Below, in pieces: positions 56,813 through 64,000 of a stretch of 64,000 bases of DNA (within the stretch, counting starts at the first letter, position 1; every line of letters begins with the position of its first letter). The position numbers and the translations under genes are program-made. Source of the DNA: an uncultured Desulfarculaceae bacterium (GTDB lineage Bacteria; Desulfobacterota; Desulfocorpusculales; Desulfocorpusculum). The notes below the pieces were generated by a model. The model was not told where the DNA came from and did no database searches. It saw only the letters and a program-made list of their open reading frames with translations. The DNA is taken from assembly GCA_964414345.1 (NCBI GenBank), contig CAYPWF010000010.1, forward strand, positions 7,115-71,114, written 5' to 3'.

Positions 56813-58577
56813 GGACAAGATACTGGATGCGCCCATAGGCCTGGACGCAGAGGTCCTTGGGGGAAAAGACTTGGGGCCTCTTTCCCCCAGACAGCACTCC
56901 AGCAAAAAGAAAAAAGGGCGGGCTAAGGGTGCCTGGATCCTGGTGGGTTTCTTGCTGGGGGTGGGAGTGGCAGGATTTCTTTTTTGGGAGCTCACCCCCA
57001 GAACCAAAACTGTTTCCAGAGGTGCTCATTCTAGCTCGCTTTTTTCTTATCCGGTCCAGGGAATCAGGGTTCAGAGAACAGGGTCGGACAAAGGGGACGC
57101 GCAAGGCCAAGACTCCTCGGTGCTTTTGAGGGAGCAGACCCTGCGGGTGCGCTATGGGAAGGAAACCGTGAGGTTTGTCTCCGTAGAGCGAGACCCTTCG
57201 ATTTGGGCCCGCATGCTGACGGTGTTCTTGAGCCCGCCCAGATTGTATTTTGAGGGCAGTGTTGTGGAGCCAGGCCAGGACCTCATGGCTGCTACGGCTC
57301 CTGAGAGGAGCCTCACTTATGAGCTTTCATTGAAGAGCCAGCCCGGCGCGGCACCCCTTGCCCGATTTTTCCTGGAGCTGGAGATGAGCGCTGAGACCTG
57401 GGCCGCCAGGGCAAAGCAGCTCAAGGAGCCCCAGGCCCAGAGGGCATGTCTGGAGCAGGCCCTGAAGGCGGAGCCGGGCAACGTGCATGTTCTGTTGGCT
57501 TTGGGGAACCTACTTTGGGAACAAAACGAGCCCTTGGCGGCAGCCGAGAGGTTCGAGGAGCTGCTAAAGCGCTCCCCAAAGCGCAAAGAAGCTGCAGCAG
57601 CCCTTGCCTCCATCTACCAGAAATCCAAGCCCAAGAGGGCCCTGGAGATGTACAGGCTGCTTAGCGAGATAGACCCGGATCGTAGAGTTGAGCATCTCAG
57701 GCAGATGGCCGAACTCCAAGAGCGTCTCGGGATCTCCCCGGTTGAGACCTACAGGAAGATCCTGTCCCTCAAGAAAAACGATCCGGACGCCCAAAGGGGC
57801 CTTGACACACTTTATGCCAAGCAGGTGGAGAAGGCCCAGCAGGCTGAAAAAAAGGGGGAACTCTCCCAGGCCGTCCAGCAGATGAAGCAGGCTTTGGAGC
57901 TTCATCCCACCAAGAAAGGGAAGGCCTATCTGGCTACTCTTCACAACAACCTGGCATACTCCTTAGCCAAGCAGGGCAAGTACAAGGAGGCCATACCTCA
58001 CTATGAGGCATCTCTGAAGCTGGAAGAAAGCGCCGTCACACACTTGAACTTGGCTGATGCCTACGCCAAGACCAAACAAATCGACAACGCTCTCAAGAGC
58101 TTGGAGAAGGCCTGGGGCATGAAACCCAAAGAGCAAGAGGTGGTCAAGAATCTCCTTTTTCTTTGGGCCGAACTACTCACCCAGAAAAAGGATCTTCACG
58201 GAGCCATAGCCAAGCTCAAGGAACTGCACGCCAGGTTTCCAAAGGATCCGGAGGCGGCCAAGATGCTGGCGGCAGCCTACTGGAATCAGAAGGATTTGGC
58301 CAAGGCCCTGGAAGTGCTCAAAAAGGTGCCTCAGCTTATGAGTTCGCACCCACCCAAGGCAAGGGCCGAGATCCACGGTATGTTGGGGGACCTGTACAGG
58401 GCCTTGGGAGATCAGGAAAAAAACGTTAAAGGCCGCATATCCCGTTATGACGAGGCGCTAAAAGAGTACAAGGCGGCTTTGGTCTTGAACAAAGGCGACA
58501 CTCAGATTCAAAAAAAGAAGGAAGAGCTGGAAAAGGAACGAATGGCCCTGGTGAAACGCTCCCTTAGAGCCTCCTAA
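56781..58577 (+). CDS. Tetratricopeptide-repeat protein with N-terminal TM anchor
   Basis: N-terminal TM helix then multiple TPR units; stop codon TAA coincides with the first nt of an element fragment. Confidence 0.7.
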   Translation: MRRTKVPPLDEDKILDAPIGLDAEVLGGKDLGPLSPRQHSSKKKKGRAKGAWILVGFLLGVGVAGFLFWELTPRTKTVSRGAHSSSLFSYPVQGIRVQRTGSDKGDAQGQDSSVLLREQTLRVRYGKETVRFVSVERDPSIWARMLTVFLSPPRLYFEGSVVEPGQDLMAATAPERSLTYELSLKSQPGAAPLARFFLELEMSAETWAARAKQLKEPQAQRACLEQALKAEPGNVHVLLALGNLLWEQNEPLAAAERFEELLKRSPKRKEAAAALASIYQKSKPKRALEMYRLLSEIDPDRRVEHLRQMAELQERLGISPVETYRKILSLKKNDPDAQRGLDTLYAKQVEKAQQAEKKGELSQAVQQMKQALELHPTKKGKAYLATLHNNLAYSLAKQGKYKEAIPHYEASLKLEESAVTHLNLADAYAKTKQIDNALKSLEKAWGMKPKEQEVVKNLLFLWAELLTQKKDLHGAIAKLKELHARFPKDPEAAKMLAAAYWNQKDLAKALEVLKKVPQLMSSHPPKARAEIHGMLGDLYRALGDQEKNVKGRISRYDEALKEYKAALVLNKGDTQIQKKKEELEKERMALVKRSLRAS

Positions 58578-58612
58578 GCCGCATTGTCCACTGATCTTGA
58601 ATAATGCGGGCT
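58575..58612 (+). repeat. 5'-hairpin-only fragment of the structured element wedged between TPR gene stop and tRNA-Pro 3' end
   Basis: TAAGCCGCATTGTCCACtgatcttGAATAATGCGGGCT; 2 nt separate it from the tRNA-Pro 3' terminus. Confidence 0.75.
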
Positions 58613-58614
58613 GA

Positions 58615-58689
58615 TCGGGGAGAGGCGATTTGAACGCCCGACCTCTTGCTCCCGAAGCAAGCGCTCTGACCAGTCTGAGCTACTCCCCG
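58615..58689 (-). tRNA. tRNA-Pro (anticodon CGG)
   Basis: Reverse complement CGGGGAG-UA-GCUC...GAGC-G-CUUGC-UUCGGGA-GCAAG-AGGUC-GGGCG-UUCAAAU-CGCCU-CUCCCCG-A cloverleaf; CCA not encoded. Confidence 0.85.
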
Positions 58690-58776
58690 AAAAGTCTGCC
58701 TGAAGACTTCTGATTCGGACTAGGCGCCAATATATGTGGCACTGGGGGCTCTATTCCCACAACCCCCTAGAAAAAG

Positions 58777-59289
58777 CTAATGCACGGTCTCTCCGGGCTC
58801 GGTCTTGGTAAGGATCTCTTCCAGCTCGTCTACGAACTTATCGGCCAGCTTGTTGACCACGAATATGGGCACTCCCAGCCGCATTGCCAAGGCTATGGCA
58901 TCGCTGGGCCGACTGTCCACCGCCAGCTCTTTCCCGTCCTGTTTTATGTAAATAAAGGCGTAGAATATGTTCTCCTTGAGGTCTGTGACCACTATCCTCA
59001 AGACCTCTCCATCCAGTCCTTTAATCAGACTGGCCATGAGATCGTGGGTAAGAGGCCTGGCCGCAGGGATTCCTCGAAGGACCATGGCTATTGCGTTTCC
59101 CTCGAAAGCCCCCACAAAAATGGGAAGCACCTTTCCTGTGGACTCCTCCTTGAGGTTCACCCTGTACATGGAGCCTTGAGCCTCATAGGAGACGCTATCT
59201 ACGATTACAGGGATCATTGCCCCTTTGCTCTCCGCACTCAAGAAGCCTTCCTTTCCCCCGATTTGAACCGGCTCCCGGATTTTCTCCAA
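58777..59289 (-). CDS. Bifunctional nuclease (BFN/DUF151) family protein
   Basis: IPVIVDSVSY...LPIFVGAFEGNAIAMVLRG...RPLTHDLM...DSRPSDAIALA conserved blocks of BFN domain. Confidence 0.7.
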   Translation of the reverse strand: MEKIREPVQIGGKEGFLSAESKGAMIPVIVDSVSYEAQGSMYRVNLKEESTGKVLPIFVGAFEGNAIAMVLRGIPAARPLTHDLMASLIKGLDGEVLRIVVTDLKENIFYAFIYIKQDGKELAVDSRPSDAIALAMRLGVPIFVVNKLADKFVDELEEILTKTEPGETVH

Positions 59290-59300
59290 CCCAAGAAAAA

Positions 59301-59957
59301 ATGTATCATAGGGCTCGCAGAGGCGTCAATCAGACCCTTAGGGACGGGAAGCTCTTGTTCCTTACAGCATCATTAATTCTGGGAGCCTATCTAATGGGTT
59401 CTGTGCCTTTTGGGCTTTTGTTCTCCAAGGCCCTGGGGGGCCAGGATCCAAGGTGCGTGGGCAGCAGGAACATAGGGGCCACCAACGTGCTTCGAGCCTC
59501 AGGGGCGGGAGCTGCGGTTCTCACCCTTTTGGGGGATGCACTAAAAGGATATATTCCAGCTTGGGGTGCAGGAGCCCTCGGACTGGGGCCTTGGGAGTGC
59601 TCCTGGGTCAGCCTGGCAGCTTTTACGGGGCATTTGTTTCCTCTTTATCTGGGGTTCAGGGGGGGAAAGGGTGTGGCCACAGCGGCCGGCATCATGGCCG
59701 CCTGGGCTCCTTTGCTCCTTGCGGGTTGCCTAGGGTTGTTCCTTGTGGGGCTTGTCCTGAGCAGATTTGTTTCCGTAGGTTCATTGCTGGCGGCCATGGG
59801 GGCCCCTCTAGGGGCGGCTCTTCTGGGAAGCCATGGCCCTTTGCTTTTTTTGTGCTTGGCTCTGGCCTCGGGCATCTTGTGGCGTCACAAGGAGAACATA
59901 AGGAGGCTTTTTAAGGGCCAAGAAAAGCGCTTGGCCCTAAAGGGCAATAGAAACTAA
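59301..59957 (+). CDS. plsY: Glycerol-3-phosphate acyltransferase PlsY
   Basis: YLMGSVPFGLLFSK...GSRNIGATNVLR...GKGVATAAG PlsY motifs; ATG at 59301 chosen over the overlapping track start. Confidence 0.85.
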   Translation: MYHRARRGVNQTLRDGKLLFLTASLILGAYLMGSVPFGLLFSKALGGQDPRCVGSRNIGATNVLRASGAGAAVLTLLGDALKGYIPAWGAGALGLGPWECSWVSLAAFTGHLFPLYLGFRGGKGVATAAGIMAAWAPLLLAGCLGLFLVGLVLSRFVSVGSLLAAMGAPLGAALLGSHGPLLFLCLALASGILWRHKENIRRLFKGQEKRLALKGNRN

Positions 59958-59974
59958 TAAACCCACCCGGATCG

Positions 59975-60115
59975 CTGCTCAAAATCAATACTCAAAAGCA
60001 CCCCGCCTTTGGGTTTCGGATTCAATCCTGCTTTGGGTCGGAACATGTGCAAGTGTACCGGGGGCTTGGGGGATTGGCCCCCAAAGTTGCGGGCTCCAGA
60101 GAATAATCCGGGTTA
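59975..60115 (+). repeat. 5'-truncated copy of the structured element immediately after plsY (co-oriented)
   Basis: ATACTCAAAAGCACCCCGCCTTTGGGTTTCGGATTCAATCCTGCTTTGGGTCGGAACATGTGCAAGTGTACCGGGGGCTTGGGGGATTGGCCCCCAAAGTTGCGGGCTCCAGAGAATAATCCGGGTTA. Confidence 0.85.
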
Positions 60116-60184
60116 GAGATATGGAGACCCAGACATTGGCTGGAATGGGTAAAGGAGAATCTGGGGGTTTTTGAGGTATGGGGG

Positions 60185-60721
60185 CTAGAGTTTACGGAGT
60201 TTTCTGGCTTGCCTGCGCTCTTTTCGGGAAAGCCTACGGGCTGGGCCCTTTTTCTTGGAACCCCATCCACCCAGGGATTCCTCCTCCCAGGAATCTTCTT
60301 TTGGCAGCTCAAGACCAGCCTCCCTGTATCCCAAAGCTCTTTCCAGGCGACCCCAAAGCTCCTGGGAGCTTATCACAGCAGCTCCCATCCTGCGGCAGTT
60401 TTCTGCCAGGGCACGATCCGAAGTGGCCACCACCACCCCTTGGGGATTCCCCCGGACCATGCCTGCTATAGCCTCATCCGCCCTCCCCCTGCCTCCGGCA
60501 AAGGCCACCCTTATGCCAGCCCGAGACTCCCAGGTTGTCTTTGCTTCCTTCCCGTCAAATACCACCGTGATTCTCAAGGGTTTTCGGATGCGAAAAGTAT
60601 GTAGACGTTTCAGGAGAGCTTCTCTGGAAAACTCCAGGTCCACCCCCGGGTTCAAGCCTCCCCCTCGGGCCGCCCCCATGAGATTATAACCGTCTATGAT
60701 CAAGTGAAGGGCCAAGGCCAC
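60185..60721 (-). CDS. NYN-domain protein, YacP-like
   Basis: HLIIDGYNLMGAAR ... RITVVFDGK ... VVVATSDRAL pattern of YacP/NYN. Confidence 0.7.
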   Translation of the reverse strand: MALALHLIIDGYNLMGAARGGGLNPGVDLEFSREALLKRLHTFRIRKPLRITVVFDGKEAKTTWESRAGIRVAFAGGRGRADEAIAGMVRGNPQGVVVATSDRALAENCRRMGAAVISSQELWGRLERALGYREAGLELPKEDSWEEESLGGWGSKKKGPARRLSRKERRQARKLRKL

Positions 60722-60827
60722 CTCTTGCGTTGACCGGCTAGTTCGGCCATCGTAGCATGGAATGGGCCGCAGCCCAATGAGGGCCTCTTTTATTCAGATC
60801 CAGACCCTGAAGGAGGGTCTCACCCAA

Positions 60828-61724
60828 ATGCTGACCAAAAGGATAATACCATGCTTGGATGTGCGGCTGGATGAGAAGGGCCGCCCTGTGGTCACAAAAG
60901 GCCACCAATACGACGTCAGGGGACTAGATGGAAGGATCCGCAACCTGGGCGACCCGGTGGCCATGGCAAAACTTTATGACCAGGAAGGGGCGGATGAGCT
61001 GGTTTTCTTGGACATCACCAGAACAGCCCACGGCAGAAGCCCTCTTATCTCCATCATAGAGAAGGTATCTGATCAAGTTTTCATGCCGCTAACCATAGGA
61101 GGAGGCATTAGAACTCTGGATGATGCACGCAGGTATTTTGACGCCGGGGCGGACAAGGTCTCCCTTGGAAGCATGGCGGTGGAGATAGTCCTTAGGGCTC
61201 TCGGGGCAGAGGCTGCCTTGGGTCCCAACCCCATAGAGGAAATAGCTAGGCTTTACGGCTCTCAGGCCTGCGTAATCTCCATTGACCCTGTGCGAAGGTA
61301 CGTAAGTTCTTCCCAGGAAACCCGCCATCCTACAGTGGCCACAACCCTGCCGGGGCCCAATGGAGAGGGGTATTGCTGGTTTCAATGTTCCGTGAAAGGG
61401 GGGAGGGAATTTCTGGATGTGGACGCGGTGAGCCTGGCTCGGCTGGTTGAGCAGATGGGGGCCGGGGAGATCCTTCTGAACTCCATAGATCGGGATGGGA
61501 CGCGCTTAGGTTTTGACATAGAGCTTGTGCGAGCGGTGGCCCAAGCCGTCTCCATCCCGGTGATTGCCTCCAGCGGGGCAGGCAGGCCCGAGCATTTCCT
61601 GGAAGTACTGACCCAGGGGGGTGCAGACGCGGCCCTGGCTGCCAGCCTATTTCATTACGGAGAGTTGAGCATAAAGGAAGTGAAAGCATATCTGGACTCA
61701 AGAGGAATCCCGGTCAGAATTTGA
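60828..61724 (+). CDS. hisF: Imidazole glycerol phosphate synthase cyclase subunit HisF (slightly extended)
   Basis: [12 protein letters not shown] ... [13 protein letters not shown] ... [11 protein letters not shown] ... GADKVSLGS ... [15 protein letters not shown]. Confidence 0.8.
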   Translation: MLTKRIIPCLDVRLDEKGRPVVTKGHQYDVRGLDGRIRNLGDPVAMAKLYDQEGADELVFLDITRTAHGRSPLISIIEKVSDQVFMPLTIGGGIRTLDDARRYFDAGADKVSLGSMAVEIVLRALGAEAALGPNPIEEIARLYGSQACVISIDPVRRYVSSSQETRHPTVATTLPGPNGEGYCWFQCSVKGGREFLDVDAVSLARLVEQMGAGEILLNSIDRDGTRLGFDIELVRAVAQAVSIPVIASSGAGRPEHFLEVLTQGGADAALAASLFHYGELSIKEVKAYLDSRGIPVRI

Positions 61725-61764
61725 AACAAGAATCTCCCAGGGGGCAAGGACGGTCACTCATGAT

Positions 61765-61960
61765 TAGCCCGCATTCTTTACGCTTAGTGGATAATGCGGG
61801 CTATCTTAATAAAATATTTGAATAAACTGCTCCATACTCAAAAGCAGCCTGATTTTGGGTTTTAGATTGGGTGCTGCTTTGAGTAGGAGTATATGGAGAT
61901 TTTCCGGGTGCTTGGGGCCTAGCTTCCAAAGTTACGGGCTTTGGAGAATAATCCGGGCTA
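61765..61960 (+). repeat. Complete copy of the structured element 40 nt after hisF (co-oriented), convergent with the radical SAM gene
   Basis: TAGCCCGCATTCTTTACgcttaGTGGATAATGCGGGCTATCTTAAT...ACTCAAAAGCAGCCTGATTTTGGGTTTTAGATTGGGTGCTGCTTTGAGTAGG...GCTTGGGGCCTAGCTTCCAAAGTTACGGGCTTTGGAGAATAATCCGGGCTA. Confidence 0.9.
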
Positions 61961-61994
61961 AGGCGGCTGGTCACGAGGGTGATGGGGTTGAGGG

Positions 61995-63428
61995 CTAGGA
62001 GGTTTTCTTTTGAAGCTCTCGGTGTAGCTTGGCCTTGAGGTGCAGGAACCCATCGTAAGAAAAACCTTCCCACCTGCAGGGAAGCAAAGTGTTGTTATGA
62101 AACAGGGGTTCTTGAGAGATGGGGAAGGGGCTTTTTCTGACTGCCTCTTCCCAAAGTTGAGTGCCTGGAATAGGGGAGTACTCGGCAAGGTGCGGCCGCA
62201 AGCCCCGCTCGAGCAAATAACTTAGGCTTTTTTCCACTTCTTGGAGGCTCTGGCCTGGAAGCCCGGCCAGAACATAGACGCCTATCTCCCGGGGGGAATA
62301 GCCTGCCCGGACAAGAAAACTCACCGCGGCCTCAAAATCCTCCATGCTCAGCTTACCTCCTGTGCACTGGTGAAAGGAATCCTTGATGCTTTCCAAGCCC
62401 AGGCGCAGGGTTGTAAATCCGTGTTCTTTGAAGGCTAGGGCTAGGTCCAAATCCAGATACCTGGCATGAAGCCCGTTGGGGCAATGAAATCTAAGCTTCC
62501 GATTCAATTCCCTTTGTACGCTTTCAAGGGCCGGGAGCAGACATGAGTCAGCCCTCCACAAGAGGGCGTCGTCGTAAAAGACAACATCCTGGATCCCCAA
62601 GGCGCGCACACCGCTTATGATTTCTTGAGCCACCCTTTGAGAAGGCCTTGGGCCTTTTGAATAGGAAAGAAGATGAGAAGCGCAATAGGCGCATCTAAAA
62701 GGACATCCCTCTGAGCTTCTCACACATATGGAACGGGCTCCGGCTGCCAGGTCCCAGGCAGGCAGATCAGACAAGGAATCCTCCGGATCATCCACACAGA
62801 AGAGTCCGGCCAAAGTTTTTTTGATTTCTGTCCAGTCACTGCCTGGAATCACCAGGTCAGCTCCGCTGAACTGCCTGGCATGTTCTGGAAGAAGGGTGGC
62901 ATAGATGCCTCCCAACACCACAGGTACATCTGGGAAAATCCTGTGACAATAGGAGATGGTCTCCTGCACTCCCGAATACCAGTAAGTCATTGTGGAGCTG
63001 ACCAGGATGAAGTCGGGTCTGGGTTGCCTTTTGAGGGAGGACTCCAGAAAGGCGGGTGGTATTCCGTATCTCTTGTAACGGCGCGGGAACCATTGGAGTA
63101 TCTCGGGCTTTGGTATCTCTTCCCGGTAAAAGGCTCCATGGTCTCCTGGGAAACGTTTCAGTTTTTCCGTTGGAAGACCTGGATGGTGCGGGTTCAGGCA
63201 GTCCAACAGGGCCACCTCCACCCCAAGGGAGCGCAAATAGCCCCCTATTCTGAGAAGCCCCACCGGACGCACCCATAGGTCGTAAGCCGCAAAATCGTGA
63301 ATCCATGGCTGTATGAGAAGAGCTCTGGGCAAGTTGAGTCTCCTGCCAACAAAAAGGCAAGATATCTCGGCATCTGGTCTTACAAGGGCCGCGTCACTTA
63401 TTATGGATCCCCAGGCAAGCCGGGACAA
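61995..63428 (-). CDS. B12-binding-domain radical SAM protein
   Basis: N-terminal cobalamin-binding Rossmann-like region (RALLIQP...GLLRIGGYLRSLGVEVALLD) and radical-SAM CPFRCAYC (CxxxCxxC) cluster. Confidence 0.75.
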   Translation of the reverse strand: MSRLAWGSIISDAALVRPDAEISCLFVGRRLNLPRALLIQPWIHDFAAYDLWVRPVGLLRIGGYLRSLGVEVALLDCLNPHHPGLPTEKLKRFPGDHGAFYREEIPKPEILQWFPRRYKRYGIPPAFLESSLKRQPRPDFILVSSTMTYWYSGVQETISYCHRIFPDVPVVLGGIYATLLPEHARQFSGADLVIPGSDWTEIKKTLAGLFCVDDPEDSLSDLPAWDLAAGARSICVRSSEGCPFRCAYCASHLLSYSKGPRPSQRVAQEIISGVRALGIQDVVFYDDALLWRADSCLLPALESVQRELNRKLRFHCPNGLHARYLDLDLALAFKEHGFTTLRLGLESIKDSFHQCTGGKLSMEDFEAAVSFLVRAGYSPREIGVYVLAGLPGQSLQEVEKSLSYLLERGLRPHLAEYSPIPGTQLWEEAVRKSPFPISQEPLFHNNTLLPCRWEGFSYDGFLHLKAKLHRELQKKTS

Positions 63429-63526
63429 CCTATTGACATGGCTTGGTCTTTCTCATTATAGTGCAGCCAGTGAGTTGCTGGGGCAAAACCGCCCCGGGGA
63501 TTTAGAGCAGTTGCAGAGGCACGGGG

Positions 63527-64000
63527 ATGGATTTTTATGAAGAGAATCCAGATCAGGTGAAACAGGCCGACATAGTAGTTGGCATTCCTTCTTATAACGA
63601 AGCTCGACTTATCCCTTATCCCACTCAGCAGGCCAGCTTGGGTTTGACCCAATTCTTTTCGGATTACAGCTCGGCCATCATCAATGTGGACAACCACTCC
63701 ACTGACGGCACCAAGGAAGCCTTTTTCGGGACCGAAACCCAGGTGCCAAAGATTTACATCTCCACCCCCGAAGGGGTGGTAGGAAAGGGTTTGAATCTTA
63801 GGAACTTCTTCCGAAAGGCCTGTGAGCTGGGGGCCAGGGCTTGTGTGGTGGTGGACGCGGATCTGAGAAGCATCACGCCACGCTGGATCAAGAATCTGGT
63901 TGAGCCTGTGTTTCAGGATTTTGGTTTTGTCTCGCCCCTTTACGTACGGCACAAGTACGACGGGACCATAACCAACAGCATCGGATATCCGCTTACCCGC
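63527..64000 (+). CDS. Glycosyltransferase family 2 protein (N-terminal fragment, continues beyond window)
   Basis: Open frame from ATG 63527 to window end with no stop. ADIVVGIPSYNEARLI GT2 N-terminal motif and DADL (DxD-like). Divergent from the radical SAM gene. Not in ORF track because it has no stop. Confidence 0.55.
   Translation, partial: MDFYEENPDQVKQADIVVGIPSYNEARLIPYPTQQASLGLTQFFSDYSSAIINVDNHSTDGTKEAFFGTETQVPKIYISTPEGVVGKGLNLRNFFRKACELGARACVVVDADLRSITPRWIKNLVEPVFQDFGFVSPLYVRHKYDGTITNSIGYPLTR

Overview
High-GC bacterial chromosomal segment, almost entirely housekeeping. The gene content (2-oxoacid:ferredoxin oxidoreductase, Mrp/Mbh-like antiporter module, LarC, TAXI-TRAP) suggests an anaerobic, possibly thermophilic, Deltaproteobacteria/Thermodesulfobacteria-like organism; this is a guess.

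Gene content, in order:
- Aconitase C-terminus (partial).
- TAXI-type TRAP transporter: SBP, DUF1850, fused DctQM permease.
- Citrate synthase.
- Four-subunit 2-oxoacid:ferredoxin oxidoreductase (delta, alpha, beta, gamma).
- tRNA-Asn(GUU).
- A long Mrp/Mbh-like antiporter cluster (mrpE-F-G-DUF4040-B-C-D-D-small-small-A/D) ending in a stand-alone cNMP-binding protein.
- PAS histidine kinase plus response regulator.
- F1Fo ATP synthase genes atpF'-F-H-A-G-D-C, without the a and c subunits.
- ndk.
- An HMGL/LeuA-NifV-family synthase with a C-terminal Cache-like domain.
- aspS, hisS, larC, pgpA.
- cinA-thpR-recA-pilT-recX-alaS.
- OYE/FAD oxidoreductase, sugar-phosphate isomerase, NitT/TauT-type ABC transporter.
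- rsmB-fmt-def, rpe, a TPR protein, tRNA-Pro(CGG), a BFN nuclease, plsY, a YacP/NYN protein, hisF, a B12-binding radical SAM protein.
- The start of a GT2 glycosyltransferase.

The most unusual signal is a family of about 196-bp non-coding elements. At least 12 full, truncated or degenerate copies occur in 64 kb, in both orientations. Features:
- Near-perfect 15-bp terminal inverted repeats (TAGCCCGCATTATTC ... GAATAATCCGGGCTA).
- Three conserved internal hairpins.
- Strand-specific G-U wobble and compensatory substitutions.
- Every copy with an assignable upstream gene is co-oriented with it, and most start within about 120 nt of its stop codon.
- Two copies donate the stop codon of the upstream gene.
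- One fragment abuts the 3' end of tRNA-Pro.
- Three copies flank tRNA-Asn and a small lower-GC orphan ORF.

No transposase, integrase, CRISPR array or recognisable defence genes are present. The 3'-UTR-associated structured-RNA element (or strand-biased MITE) is the candidate undescribed system.
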